Below are positions 53,471-62,785 of a DNA stretch of 64,000 bases, one piece after another. Position 1 is the first letter of the stretch; each line of letters starts with the position of its first letter. The stretch covers positions 1,120,001-1,184,000 of the forward strand of contig JBGANV010000001.1 in the NCBI GenBank assembly GCA_044222185.1. The letters are read 5' to 3'. Under the pieces are notes generated by a model. The model ran no database searches and was not told the DNA's origin. It worked only from the letters and a program-made list of their open reading frames with translations. Made by a program: the position numbers and the translations under genes. Source of the DNA: Planctomycetota bacterium. Its GTDB lineage: Bacteria; Planctomycetota; GCA-002687715; CAIWVZ01.

Positions 53471-55729
53471 TCAAACGCCCCGGCGCATCCGCTGGTCGAA
53501 CCATTCGTACCGGCCCTCGCGCTTCCATCGCACGGACTTCGCTCCGAGATACTGGGCGAGGTTCTGTGTGAAGGCATACAGCGGCGTCTTGAGGGTCCAC
53601 CACAAGCGGTAGGCGACACTGCGGTCGTCACGCCAGACTACGGGCAGGAGGTGGCACAGCGCCTTCACGGAAAAGAGCGGAACCATCCACCATCTTGGAA
53701 TCGTGTGGAGTCCCACGAGGTCGTGGATGTTCTGATGGTCGAGGTAGACCCGGCGGAACTCGTAGAGCACGGGACTGTTGTGCGAGTGGATGACGACGGA
53801 TCCCGGATCGTTCACGAGACGCCAGCCACCAAGGATCGCCTGCCGCCCCCATGCGATGTCCTCGCCGAACTGTCGCTTCTCGAACGGGATCGTCTCCATG
53901 GTCGACTTGCGGACGCATGAGGCCACGTCGTCGAACGCGATCAGCCGGTAGCGCTCGAACGGATGCATGCGATCCCACGCAGCGCGGTCGGCGAGGTGTT
54001 TCACTTCGGGGGCGCCCGACTCCTTGGTCCAACCCTTCAGGCGATCGCGTTGGAACGGGTTGCAGTCCGGTCGGGGCAACTGGTGGCAATACGCTCCGGC
54101 TACGCGGGGATCGTCGAAGTTGCCGACGAGCCTCTCCAACCAGTTCTCGTCGATCGGCTCCGCATCCTGGGTCAGCAACGCGACGATCTCACCGTGGGCC
54201 TCGCGAACCGCTCGGTTGCGAGTGAGACCGTGGTTGAACTCGGAGTTCGGAATCTGGATCAACCGGACGGAGGGGCGCTTCTGCACCATCTCCACGGTCC
54301 CGTCCTTCGAGCCCGAGTCGATGACCAACACCTCGTAGTCGAACGAGGTCTTCTGGGCGAGAATCCTGTCGAGCACGGTTTCGAACAGTGGACCGCCGTT
54401 CCAAGTCGGCACGAACACGGTTGCGTAGGGCCGGCCAGATCCCTTGCGTTTGCGCGCCGCGGCCGCCGGATCGACGGGGGCGCGCGAGCCGACTCCGGAC
54501 CTCACCCGCGAGTAATGCTCGGCCGTCTCGCGAGCGCAGTCCGCCATGGCGCGTACCGGCGGGATCGAGGCCACCAGCTGGCGGTACTTCTCCGGATCGT
54601 CCACGAGGTCGGCGAGCACTGATCGGAGCTGCTCGGGGTCGCCGGGCCGGACGAACACCCCGCCCCGCCCCGGCTCGAACGCCTCGCGCATCCCGCCCAT
54701 CTCCGTTGCGATCACCGGGACGCCGGCCAGTTGGGCCTCCCGGATCGTGAGGCAGAACGACTCCCACCAGAGCGAGGGGACCACGAGCAGGTCGATCTCG
54801 CGAAGGATCTCCGGAACCGTCGCGGGCTCGTACCCGCCAGCGAACCGGACGTCCAGCCAGGGGTGCGCGAGGTCCCGCAGCCGTCCTTCAAACCCCGAGT
54901 CACCGTGAAAGTTCGGGGCGTCCCCGTGGATGGTGAGCCGGACCTCCTTTCGCGCCAGGCGATTGAACGCCTCGACGAGGATGTGGGTCCCCTTCGACGG
55001 GATGACGGAGCCGATGAAGCCGATCGTCCGCACGAATTCGCGGGGCCGCCGAGCGCGCTCGAACCCCCGGCTCGACAGTCCGTGAGGGACCGTGACCATG
55101 CGGTCGGCGTCCAGACCGAACTCCGCCATGCGCTGCCCGTGTGCTCGTGATGGCGAGATCAGCAGATCGCACCGCAGGAGCCGGGCGCGAAGCTCTGGGT
55201 CCAACGCTCGCAGCCCTTCGCCCGTGATGTCGAAGTGGGGCCAGAGTTCCTTCAGGCAACGGGCACAGCGGTCACGATCGAGTTCGACGCACACCTCCAG
55301 GTCCTTCCGAATTCGCTGGCCACGCGGGCAGACCATCCAGAAGTCGTGGAGCGTCATGACGAGCTTCGCTCCGCGCTCCGCGACGCGATCGAGGATGCCG
55401 GTCGAGAGGCATGTGAGATGGTGGACGTGAACGAGGTCGGGCTTCCACGCATCGATCGTTTCGCAGAACGCCGCCTCGATCCTCTCGTTGCGGTGGATCC
55501 AGCGGAAGCTCGCGGCATCCTGGAAGTTGTAGTTCAGCGCGACGACCGGGATGCCATCCACCGCGTAGCGGCGCACGTCGTAGTCGGGCCTGGCCACGTC
55601 GCCTTCGCGGCAGAAAACCAGGACCTCGTGACCGAGGTCCATCAGGCCACGCGCCAGGTCCCGCGCATGAAGCTCCGTGCCGCCACGACTCTGGGGCACG
55701 AAGCCCGCCGCCACGAAGAGGATCCGCAT
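53471..55729 (-). CDS. Bifunctional glycosyltransferase, GT4 plus GT2 (rhamnosyltransferase-like)
   Basis: GGTE, TLHDFWMVCPR, VPSLWWESF (GT4); PTWNGG, IDSGSKDGT, FNHGLTRN, LTQDA, FGED (GT2). Confidence 0.92.
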   Translation of the reverse strand: MRILFVAAGFVPQSRGGTELHARDLARGLMDLGHEVLVFCREGDVARPDYDVRRYAVDGIPVVALNYNFQDAASFRWIHRNERIEAAFCETIDAWKPDLVHVHHLTCLSTGILDRVAERGAKLVMTLHDFWMVCPRGQRIRKDLEVCVELDRDRCARCLKELWPHFDITGEGLRALDPELRARLLRCDLLISPSRAHGQRMAEFGLDADRMVTVPHGLSSRGFERARRPREFVRTIGFIGSVIPSKGTHILVEAFNRLARKEVRLTIHGDAPNFHGDSGFEGRLRDLAHPWLDVRFAGGYEPATVPEILREIDLLVVPSLWWESFCLTIREAQLAGVPVIATEMGGMREAFEPGRGGVFVRPGDPEQLRSVLADLVDDPEKYRQLVASIPPVRAMADCARETAEHYSRVRSGVGSRAPVDPAAAARKRKGSGRPYATVFVPTWNGGPLFETVLDRILAQKTSFDYEVLVIDSGSKDGTVEMVQKRPSVRLIQIPNSEFNHGLTRNRAVREAHGEIVALLTQDAEPIDENWLERLVGNFDDPRVAGAYCHQLPRPDCNPFQRDRLKGWTKESGAPEVKHLADRAAWDRMHPFERYRLIAFDDVASCVRKSTMETIPFEKRQFGEDIAWGRQAILGGWRLVNDPGSVVIHSHNSPVLYEFRRVYLDHQNIHDLVGLHTIPRWWMVPLFSVKALCHLLPVVWRDDRSVAYRLWWTLKTPLYAFTQNLAQYLGAKSVRWKREGRYEWFDQRMRRGV

Positions 55730-55735
55730 GCTCGA

Positions 55736-58700
55736 TCACCGTCGCCGGCCGCGCGCGGCCGATTCCAGAAGTCGCCGATAGTGCCCCTCGGTCGATACGG
55801 CGTCCTCGCGGATGTCGCGGATCGACGAGCGGAGCGGCCTGAGGCGGTCGCACAGCCCCCGGTCCGTCACGAAACGCATGAGCTTCCGCGCGAGGTCGGC
55901 CGCATCGCCCATCTTGAACCGGAAACCGTCCACACCGTCCTGGACCATCTCGGCCATCCCACCCTCATCCGAAGTCACCACCGGCACCTCGGCCATGAAC
56001 GCCTCGTGGATCGTGAGCGGAGAGTTCTCCCACCACAGGCTGGGAACCACGAGCACGTCGATCTCCGCAAGAAGGTTCGCCACGTCCTTGTTGTCGTAAC
56101 GCCCGAGCAGGCTGATGCGCGGGTTCGTGATCCGCGACCGCAGTTCGGCGACGTATTGCGGGAAGATCTCCAGCGCTCCGTGAATTCGTCCTTCCACGGG
56201 AAACGCCGCGAGCGAGTTGAGCGCATCGACGAGGACGTTCAGCCCCTTGTACTCGGCGATCGTGCCCAGGTATCCGATGCGCAACAGCTCGGACGGCACC
56301 TTGGAACCGCCGCCGAATCGGCTGAGATCCTGCCCATATCGCCAGTGCACGATCTTCTCGACTGGCACTGCTTTCGATCGCAAGAAGACGTCGCGGAGGA
56401 ACACGCTCGGTGCGAAGAAGAAGTCCACGTTCCGAAGGGCGTCGAAGATCACCCGGATCCGCTCGACGATCGCCGCTTCCCGTCGTTCGGGTGAGGCACG
56501 CCCTGAACCGACCCGCGCCGAGCGACGCTCGACGCGGACACCGATCGACTTCATGCCCTTGGGCAGAAACCGCGTCATGGCACGGCCTGCGGCCCGACCG
56601 ATGCGGGCCACGAGCCCGGCCTCCATCACTCGGTGTTCGATGCAGTCGGCACAGCGCGCGGGCACGGGCTCGAGGCATCGCTCGTCGTCCGGTCGGCGCA
56701 TGATGCCGTCGCGAGCGCAGACGAGCATGTACTCGTGCAGCGTGCACACGACGGGAATCCCCCGGCGCTTCGCTCGGTCGATGATTCCAACCCCGAAGAA
56801 CTTCGTGTGCTGGAGGTGGACGACGTCGGGCCGGATACGCTCGAGCAGCGAGTCGAAGACCATCTCCATCCCCGAGTCCACGTAGGTCGACTCGAACGTC
56901 GCGAAGGCGTCGTGGTGGACGATTTCCGTGAACGGCAACCCGTCGAAGACCCCGTCGCGCGTCTCGTACTGCGGCCGGTCGGGACGGTTCTCGCAGAAGA
57001 CGAGGTGCACGTCGTTCCGTGTCTGTAGCGCCCGTGAAAGCTGGTAGGTGTATATCTCCGATCCCGCCGCGTGATACGGGAGGAAGTCGTGGATGACCAT
57101 CAGCACGCGAAGGCGATGCGGCAAGGCGTCGAGTCGGGCGACGAGCGCCTGGATCGACGTGCCCTTGCTTCCGGGTCGCGCGGAGGACCGCAGTGCGTCC
57201 AGGATCCGCTGGCGCTGCGCCACGTGGTCACGGAGCGCTGCCAGCCGGACACCCACGTCGCCGTCTGGCTCGCCCTCGGCGACGCCGAGCAGGCGTTCGA
57301 TCTCCCCGACCCGATCTGCTGCCGTCGCCGCGCCGCCATCCAGGTCGTCGACGCGTCGCCGCAGCTCGGCTTCGACACCGCGAAGTCGATCCATGGCCGC
57401 CGACGCCGTCTCGCACTCGAGTCGGAGATCCGCCGCCGAACGTTCCGCGCGAAACGCCCGCGCCCGCCACGAAGTGACCTCGCGAGCCTCGTCCGCCAGC
57501 GACACGGCGAGTCCCGCGGCCCGGCGCACGGCCTCGTCGCGAGCCCGGCGGTCGTCGGCCGCATCGGCTGCGACGCGCACCATCTCGAGTTCGGCGGTCC
57601 GCAGTTCGCGGGTCGCATCACGCCACCGTGCTTCGAACTCCGCAGCGAGTGCCGAGGCGTCGGCGGCGGCTCGACGCGCCGCATCGAGAGCGCGCTCGTG
57701 CTCGCCGATCGACGATTCGTAGCCGGAGATCGTCGAATCCCAGGCGGTGCGGGCCGCTTGATGATCCCGGTCGCGAGCTTCGGCCTCCTCACGAAGCCGC
57801 TGGAGCTCGGTTTCGAAGCGACCGATCGACTCCTGAAAGCCGGCGACGACGCCGTCCTTGGCGACCGAGGCGCTCTCGAGTTCCCGGATCCGCGCCTCAT
57901 CGGCTTCGATGCGTTCCTTGTGCAATTGAAGCGAGCGGAGGAGGTCGGCTACGTGTGCATGCAGCTCATGCGTCGAGCGCACGAACGCTTCGATCGCTGC
58001 ATCCTTGTCGGCCAGGGTGCGGCGGTACTCGCCGATGGAGGTCTCGAACGCCGCGACCACGGTGGCGCGTTGCTGGGCCTGCTCGCGGTGTTCCGCGAGC
58101 GACTTCTCGAAGTCGCCGATCACGGCTTCACGAGTCACGGCCTGGGCACGATGTTGCGCGAGCGACGCCTCGAACTCGGCGAGAACGAGGTCCTTCGCCG
58201 CGAGTTGCTCCCGATATTCCACGATCGACGCCTCGAAGCGAGACAGGTCGTCGTCCTTGCGGGCGACCTCCGCCGTGAGCGTCGCCACGGATTCGGAGGC
58301 GCCGTCGAACGCGCGTCGCAGGTCGTCCCATCGGATGCGCTCGCCGTCGAGTTCACCGCGAGCCTGGACGAGGTCGGTCGTGCGGATGTCGAGTCGTGCG
58401 GCGAGCCGCGCGGCCGATGACGTGGTTCGCGACCAGGGCACGACCCGCGGCCCTGCCGCCACCGCACGCTCGTAGATCTCACCGAGCCGCGTCGCGTGTT
58501 CGGACATGGGCGTGAGCGCAGGGATCGATGCCTTCCACGCATCGAGGCGCGAGGGGTCGGCCAGGACCTCCGAGATCCGGCTCGCGAGGCTCGACGCCGA
58601 CTCCGGCGCGAACGTGGCACCAGCCCCATGCAGGCGTTCCGCGAGCGCACCGCGGTCGGGAACGATGGCGGGCACACCCAGGCGGAATGCCTCATCGAGC

Positions 58701-59707
58701 ACGAACGAATACGACTCGGGAGCGATGGACGGGATGACGGCGACGTCGAAGCGGCGCCGGCCGATGTCCTCTGGACGAAAGCCGCCGGTGAATTCCACGG
58801 GAAGCCCAGCGGCGAGTTCCCGGATCCGCGCGTCGTAGGCCGGATCCGCCGCCGCGCCGAGACACCGGACCGACAGACGGCGGCGGTCGCGCTCGGGCAG
58901 CATCCGGAGGGCCTCGATGAGGATGTGAAGCCCTTTGAACGGAGCGAAATGGCCCCAGTGTGCCAGTCGCAGTACGGACGCCCGAGCCTCGCCTGCGTCG
59001 ACAGCCCAGGCAGGAGCGTGCCGCTCGAGGGTTCCGTGGGGAAGGACCGTGAAGCGCCGGAGCGGCATCTGCAGTTTGTCGGCGAGAATGAGCCGGTGCG
59101 ACACGCTGGGCACGATCACGGACTGAGCTCCCTCGATCTCGCTCCGCATGTCCGAGGCGAATGCCGAAATCTCGTCCGCCGCCTCGCCGTCCGACATCCA
59201 ATCGGGCCGTGGAACACAACGCAGGCAAGAGTCCACGGAGAGGTTCCGCATGCAGAGCGCCTCGTCCCTGACCCGAAACGCGCGTGGGCAGGATGCCATC
59301 ACGTCGTGCAGCGTCACGACGACGGGGATCCCCGCAGCGTTCGTCACAGCCACGAGGTCCCGCGTCAGCCGGATCCAGTGGTGGATGTGAACGACGTCCG
59401 GGCGAATCTCCCTGAGGGCCTCGCCGAACAGACGCGACGCCCGCGGGTCGTACGATTTGTGCCAGCTGTCGACGTACGCCCCGGTGCGGTGAAGACGCCG
59501 AATCGGGATCCCCTCGACGTCATCGGGCACGACCTCGGGCACGTCCTTCGATTGGAGGGATCCTGTGAAGACGTGGACGTCATCGCCTGCGGCGCGGAGC
59601 GCGAGAGCTGCCTCCAAGACGTAGTGCTCGGTGCCGCCCCGGCACTCGGGAACGAAACCGTGAACGACCTGGAGAACCTTGCGCGGCTCCGACTTTCGCA
59701 ACGTCAT
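55736..59707 (-). CDS. Glycosyltransferase with two GT4 domains joined by a long coiled coil
   Basis: N-terminal GT4 (GGTE, TLHD..ASCPR, PSIAPESY), about 430-aa heptad-rich linker, C-terminal GT4 (AGSE, TLHEY, PSLWWENSP). Confidence 0.9.
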   Translation of the reverse strand: MTLRKSEPRKVLQVVHGFVPECRGGTEHYVLEAALALRAAGDDVHVFTGSLQSKDVPEVVPDDVEGIPIRRLHRTGAYVDSWHKSYDPRASRLFGEALREIRPDVVHIHHWIRLTRDLVAVTNAAGIPVVVTLHDVMASCPRAFRVRDEALCMRNLSVDSCLRCVPRPDWMSDGEAADEISAFASDMRSEIEGAQSVIVPSVSHRLILADKLQMPLRRFTVLPHGTLERHAPAWAVDAGEARASVLRLAHWGHFAPFKGLHILIEALRMLPERDRRRLSVRCLGAAADPAYDARIRELAAGLPVEFTGGFRPEDIGRRRFDVAVIPSIAPESYSFVLDEAFRLGVPAIVPDRGALAERLHGAGATFAPESASSLASRISEVLADPSRLDAWKASIPALTPMSEHATRLGEIYERAVAAGPRVVPWSRTTSSAARLAARLDIRTTDLVQARGELDGERIRWDDLRRAFDGASESVATLTAEVARKDDDLSRFEASIVEYREQLAAKDLVLAEFEASLAQHRAQAVTREAVIGDFEKSLAEHREQAQQRATVVAAFETSIGEYRRTLADKDAAIEAFVRSTHELHAHVADLLRSLQLHKERIEADEARIRELESASVAKDGVVAGFQESIGRFETELQRLREEAEARDRDHQAARTAWDSTISGYESSIGEHERALDAARRAAADASALAAEFEARWRDATRELRTAELEMVRVAADAADDRRARDEAVRRAAGLAVSLADEAREVTSWRARAFRAERSAADLRLECETASAAMDRLRGVEAELRRRVDDLDGGAATAADRVGEIERLLGVAEGEPDGDVGVRLAALRDHVAQRQRILDALRSSARPGSKGTSIQALVARLDALPHRLRVLMVIHDFLPYHAAGSEIYTYQLSRALQTRNDVHLVFCENRPDRPQYETRDGVFDGLPFTEIVHHDAFATFESTYVDSGMEMVFDSLLERIRPDVVHLQHTKFFGVGIIDRAKRRGIPVVCTLHEYMLVCARDGIMRRPDDERCLEPVPARCADCIEHRVMEAGLVARIGRAAGRAMTRFLPKGMKSIGVRVERRSARVGSGRASPERREAAIVERIRVIFDALRNVDFFFAPSVFLRDVFLRSKAVPVEKIVHWRYGQDLSRFGGGSKVPSELLRIGYLGTIAEYKGLNVLVDALNSLAAFPVEGRIHGALEIFPQYVAELRSRITNPRISLLGRYDNKDVANLLAEIDVLVVPSLWWENSPLTIHEAFMAEVPVVTSDEGGMAEMVQDGVDGFRFKMGDAADLARKLMRFVTDRGLCDRLRPLRSSIRDIREDAVSTEGHYRRLLESAARGRRR
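57944..58258 (-). repeat. Five tandem 63-nt/21-aa repeats in the coiled coil
   Basis: KDDDLSRFEASIVEYREQLAA / KDLVLAEFEASLAQHRAQAVT / REAVIGDFEKSLAEHREQAQQ / RATVVAAFETSIGEYRRTLAD / KDAAIEAFVRSTHELHAHVAD. Confidence 0.8.
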
Positions 59708-59743
59708 CCTCGACGGAATCGGTGACGCCCGGTTCCGTCGAGG
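59708..59743 (-). promoter_or_regulatory. Strong hairpin abutting the start codon of the GT4-CC-GT4 gene
   Basis: Perfect 11-bp inverted repeat CCTCGACGGAA...TTCCGTCGAGG. Confidence 0.5.
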
Positions 59744-59848
59744 GTCCGACGGATTACCGAGCCGTGCCGGCTCCGCACCATGGGTGCGGAGGATACCCAA
59801 CGAGAGCCTTCGCCTGAACGTCGGGCGCGAAAACCGGACGGGCTACGG

Positions 59849-61390
59849 TCACTTCGGCGCCAGGTCGGGCCGCGTCGCCGTCGGGTGCGGATGCGGGATC
59901 ACGATGATTGCGAAGACGAGACCTGAACGTTTGTACAGGCGCCAGACCGCACCATCCGCGGAACTGCCCTCGTCCGGCTGCACGTCGAGCCCCCACCGCG
60001 CCTCGTGGCGGTGCGACATCGTGTACGGCATGCCGTCCTGGACGAAGCGGTTGACGATGACCGTCGTGGGAACGCGGTGCTCGGACAGCTCCCGGAAGAG
60101 CGAAGCGAACGGCTCCGGGTCCCCCGGAACGTCAGGGAGCACGGCGTGATCCACGCCGAGAAGCGTGAGCGCGGTCGCGACGTGGTTGCCATGGGCCAGG
60201 ATTCGGTTGTGACCTCCACCGAGCCCGACGGCCTCCTTCACGGCACTCATGAGGCTCGAGTCTCGCAGCACGAGCAGGTTGGGATAGTGAAGCGTGAACG
60301 CCGTGGCTGCGAGGATGAGGAGGAACCCTGCACCTGCCACCCGCAATGGGAGCGAGCGCTTCGGACGACCACGAACCGCGGCGGATCCGATCGCGCAGAT
60401 GGTCGCGATCGGCATGATCCACCATTCGAAGTTGTTCGCTTCGAACCAGCAGAAGAACGGAAAGCGGAGTGCGAACGTGATGCCCGCCGCCAAGATCAGC
60501 CTGCCGACGGGCCGATCTCCTCGCAGCAGGCCTGCTGAGAGCCCGACGGCGAGCGCATGCGCCGGGCCGATCCACGTGCGCAGGTCCTTCACGTCCCAAT
60601 GGCGGCCGATGATCGCTGCAGCCATGGAGTCGGCGTGGGTCTGGCACAGCGTCAACGCCTTCTCGTCACGGCCGGTCCACGGGCCGTCCTTCGCAATGTC
60701 GCGGAGCCAAAGCCAGAAGGGCGTCACACCGCCATCAGCCAGCCGCCAGATCAGCGCATAGAGCGAGAACGTGATGACACCGCAGGCAAACCCCCACACG
60801 AGGATGCGTCGCCACCGATGCAGCCTGGGGAGGCCCAGGCCCGCGGCGACCGCGACGCCGGGCACCATCAGGAGATTGTCCTGCCGCAACAGGAGCGCCG
60901 TGACGGTCGCGATCCCGAGGTGGAGCAGCGAGACCTGCTTGCGACTGGCGGTGAACAGGACCACGAGCGCGCCCGCGACGGCGGGCAGGACGTTCTCTCC
61001 CGTCGCCGCCTCGATGATGAAACCGCGACAGGAAAACATGACGGCGGCGAACGCCAGACCCGCGATCCAGCGGCGGCGGCCCGCAGCGAGCCCGATGAGC
61101 GCGAGGATCGCCACGCCGCCTGCCCCCGAGACGACGCGGACCGCGACGTGGCCGACGTCGTGCGCCGCGAACAACCGGACGACGGGGACGACGACGAGCA
61201 CGATGATGTGAAACAGAGGATGGTGCGGGACGATGGAATTCGCCGGGTTCCGCTCCGCCTTGATCCCATGCCAGATGCCGTCGTGGATGGAGAACGGCCC
61301 GTCGGCATCGACCGGAAACAGCTGCACGGCCATGACCATCACGGCCACCGCGATGATGGCCCAGGCGACGCGCCGGCAGATGAGGTTCAT
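59849..61390 (-). CDS. Polytopic membrane protein, probable GT-C/PMT-like transferase
   Basis: N-terminal TM, loop with HDG..HHPLFH, about ten further TM segments and a small soluble C-terminus; lies in the glycosylation cluster. Confidence 0.6.
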   Translation of the reverse strand: MNLICRRVAWAIIAVAVMVMAVQLFPVDADGPFSIHDGIWHGIKAERNPANSIVPHHPLFHIIVLVVVPVVRLFAAHDVGHVAVRVVSGAGGVAILALIGLAAGRRRWIAGLAFAAVMFSCRGFIIEAATGENVLPAVAGALVVLFTASRKQVSLLHLGIATVTALLLRQDNLLMVPGVAVAAGLGLPRLHRWRRILVWGFACGVITFSLYALIWRLADGGVTPFWLWLRDIAKDGPWTGRDEKALTLCQTHADSMAAAIIGRHWDVKDLRTWIGPAHALAVGLSAGLLRGDRPVGRLILAAGITFALRFPFFCWFEANNFEWWIMPIATICAIGSAAVRGRPKRSLPLRVAGAGFLLILAATAFTLHYPNLLVLRDSSLMSAVKEAVGLGGGHNRILAHGNHVATALTLLGVDHAVLPDVPGDPEPFASLFRELSEHRVPTTVIVNRFVQDGMPYTMSHRHEARWGLDVQPDEGSSADGAVWRLYKRSGLVFAIIVIPHPHPTATRPDLAPK

Positions 61391-61405
61391 GCGCGAGCGT
61401 CAGCC

Positions 61406-62785
61406 TCAGACCTGTCGGTCGAGCTTCACGAAGTAGGTGTCTTCGCGGTAGGCGCCCTGGCCGAGTTGGGTGTTGTAGTTGCAGTCCTTGCAACACGGGA
61501 TCGGGTCGCCCTGAAGAAGTCGGTCACGCATGACCTTCATCGCTTCGCCGTTCCAGATGTCGGCGAGGTTCGCTTCGTGGACGTTGCCGACGACAGGACG
61601 GCCCTGGATGCAGCATGGCGCGACGTCGCCCGAGACGTTCACGAACAGCTCGTTCCACAGGAACTTGCAGGTGTACCTGGCAGATCCGCCGGGCCCCGAC
61701 TCGACCGCAACCGCGGGTTCCGCGGGAGGCACCGCGAAGTTCATCACGGCCTGCCGGGCCATCTCGTCCTTGGAGAGGTGAGGCGCCGGTGAGGCGTCGG
61801 CTGCCGATGCGACGGCCTCCGCATCGGGCAGCGGCGCATCGACGAACTCATCGGTCGGGACCTCGGCGCCCGACATCAGACCGCGGAGATGTGGCAGCGG
61901 TCCGTCGGGAAGGTTGGGCAGTCGCAGAGTCACTGCTGCGATCTCGTCCTCCGAAATGTCCGGGAATTCGGCCGGCAGGACCACTTCGACGCCCAGTTCC
62001 CGCGCGCGCTGCTTCGCAAGTCGCAGGCACTTGTTCGCCAAGGCCCGGTGGCGCAGGAGCGACGAATCGGCCAGCTTGTCGTTGAACGCGATCATCCACG
62101 CCGCAACGAGCTTGTCCACGTGCAGGAGGTGGGCGATCTCGACCATCGCCGGAAGCTCCTCGATGTTCTCGCGCATGAGGGTGGCAGCCATGTGGAACCC
62201 TGGCCACACGGACGGCGGGAGCTTGGACCTCCATTGGTGGAAGTGCCACATGTTCCGCGTGATCACGTTGAAGTCGCCGCCGATTCGAATGCGGTTGAAC
62301 GTGCGGCGCGTCCCACCATCGAACGAGATGATCATGCAGGCCGTGTGAGGCCCGACCCGACGGATCATCTTCGGGTCGAGGAGCATCCCGTTGGTGATCA
62401 CCTCGAGCTTCGTCTGCCAGTTCCTGCACTCCTGGAGGACCTCGTCCAGGTACGGGACCATCAACGGCTCACCGACGACCGTGAGGTTCACGATGCGTGC
62501 GTGCGGGAAGACCTGCGGCACCAGCGCACGAAACGTCTGCACCGGCATGTCCATGTCGTAGCGGCCGCGTCCCTGCTCGCGTGGCACCGGAAATTCGCAC
62601 ATCCGGCAGTAGAGGTTGCAGTCGGCGGTGAGCTCGAGCGTGACCTTCAGGGGCTGCCCGTCGACGAACACGTCACCCTTGCGCGCGGCTTCGCGCACGC
62701 GGCGCTCGTTGTCGGATTTGTAGGCCGCGATCTGCTCGGGTGTGTAGCGGGACGCGTCGTAGAGGTTTTCCGATGAGTCACTCAT
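61406..62785 (-). CDS. Radical SAM protein with SPASM/twitch domain
   Basis: CNLYCRMC, GEPL, ITNG, ISFDG; C-terminal CKFLW..GDVAPCC..GN..IWNG..CCKDC. Confidence 0.92.
   Translation of the reverse strand: MSDSSENLYDASRYTPEQIAAYKSDNERRVREAARKGDVFVDGQPLKVTLELTADCNLYCRMCEFPVPREQGRGRYDMDMPVQTFRALVPQVFPHARIVNLTVVGEPLMVPYLDEVLQECRNWQTKLEVITNGMLLDPKMIRRVGPHTACMIISFDGGTRRTFNRIRIGGDFNVITRNMWHFHQWRSKLPPSVWPGFHMAATLMRENIEELPAMVEIAHLLHVDKLVAAWMIAFNDKLADSSLLRHRALANKCLRLAKQRARELGVEVVLPAEFPDISEDEIAAVTLRLPNLPDGPLPHLRGLMSGAEVPTDEFVDAPLPDAEAVASAADASPAPHLSKDEMARQAVMNFAVPPAEPAVAVESGPGGSARYTCKFLWNELFVNVSGDVAPCCIQGRPVVGNVHEANLADIWNGEAMKVMRDRLLQGDPIPCCKDCNYNTQLGQGAYREDTYFVKLDRQV

Noticed and set aside
57680-58258. 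Repeats as a CRISPR array or non-coding repeat
   Set aside because: They are degenerate at DNA level, in frame, and conserved only as amino-acid heptads
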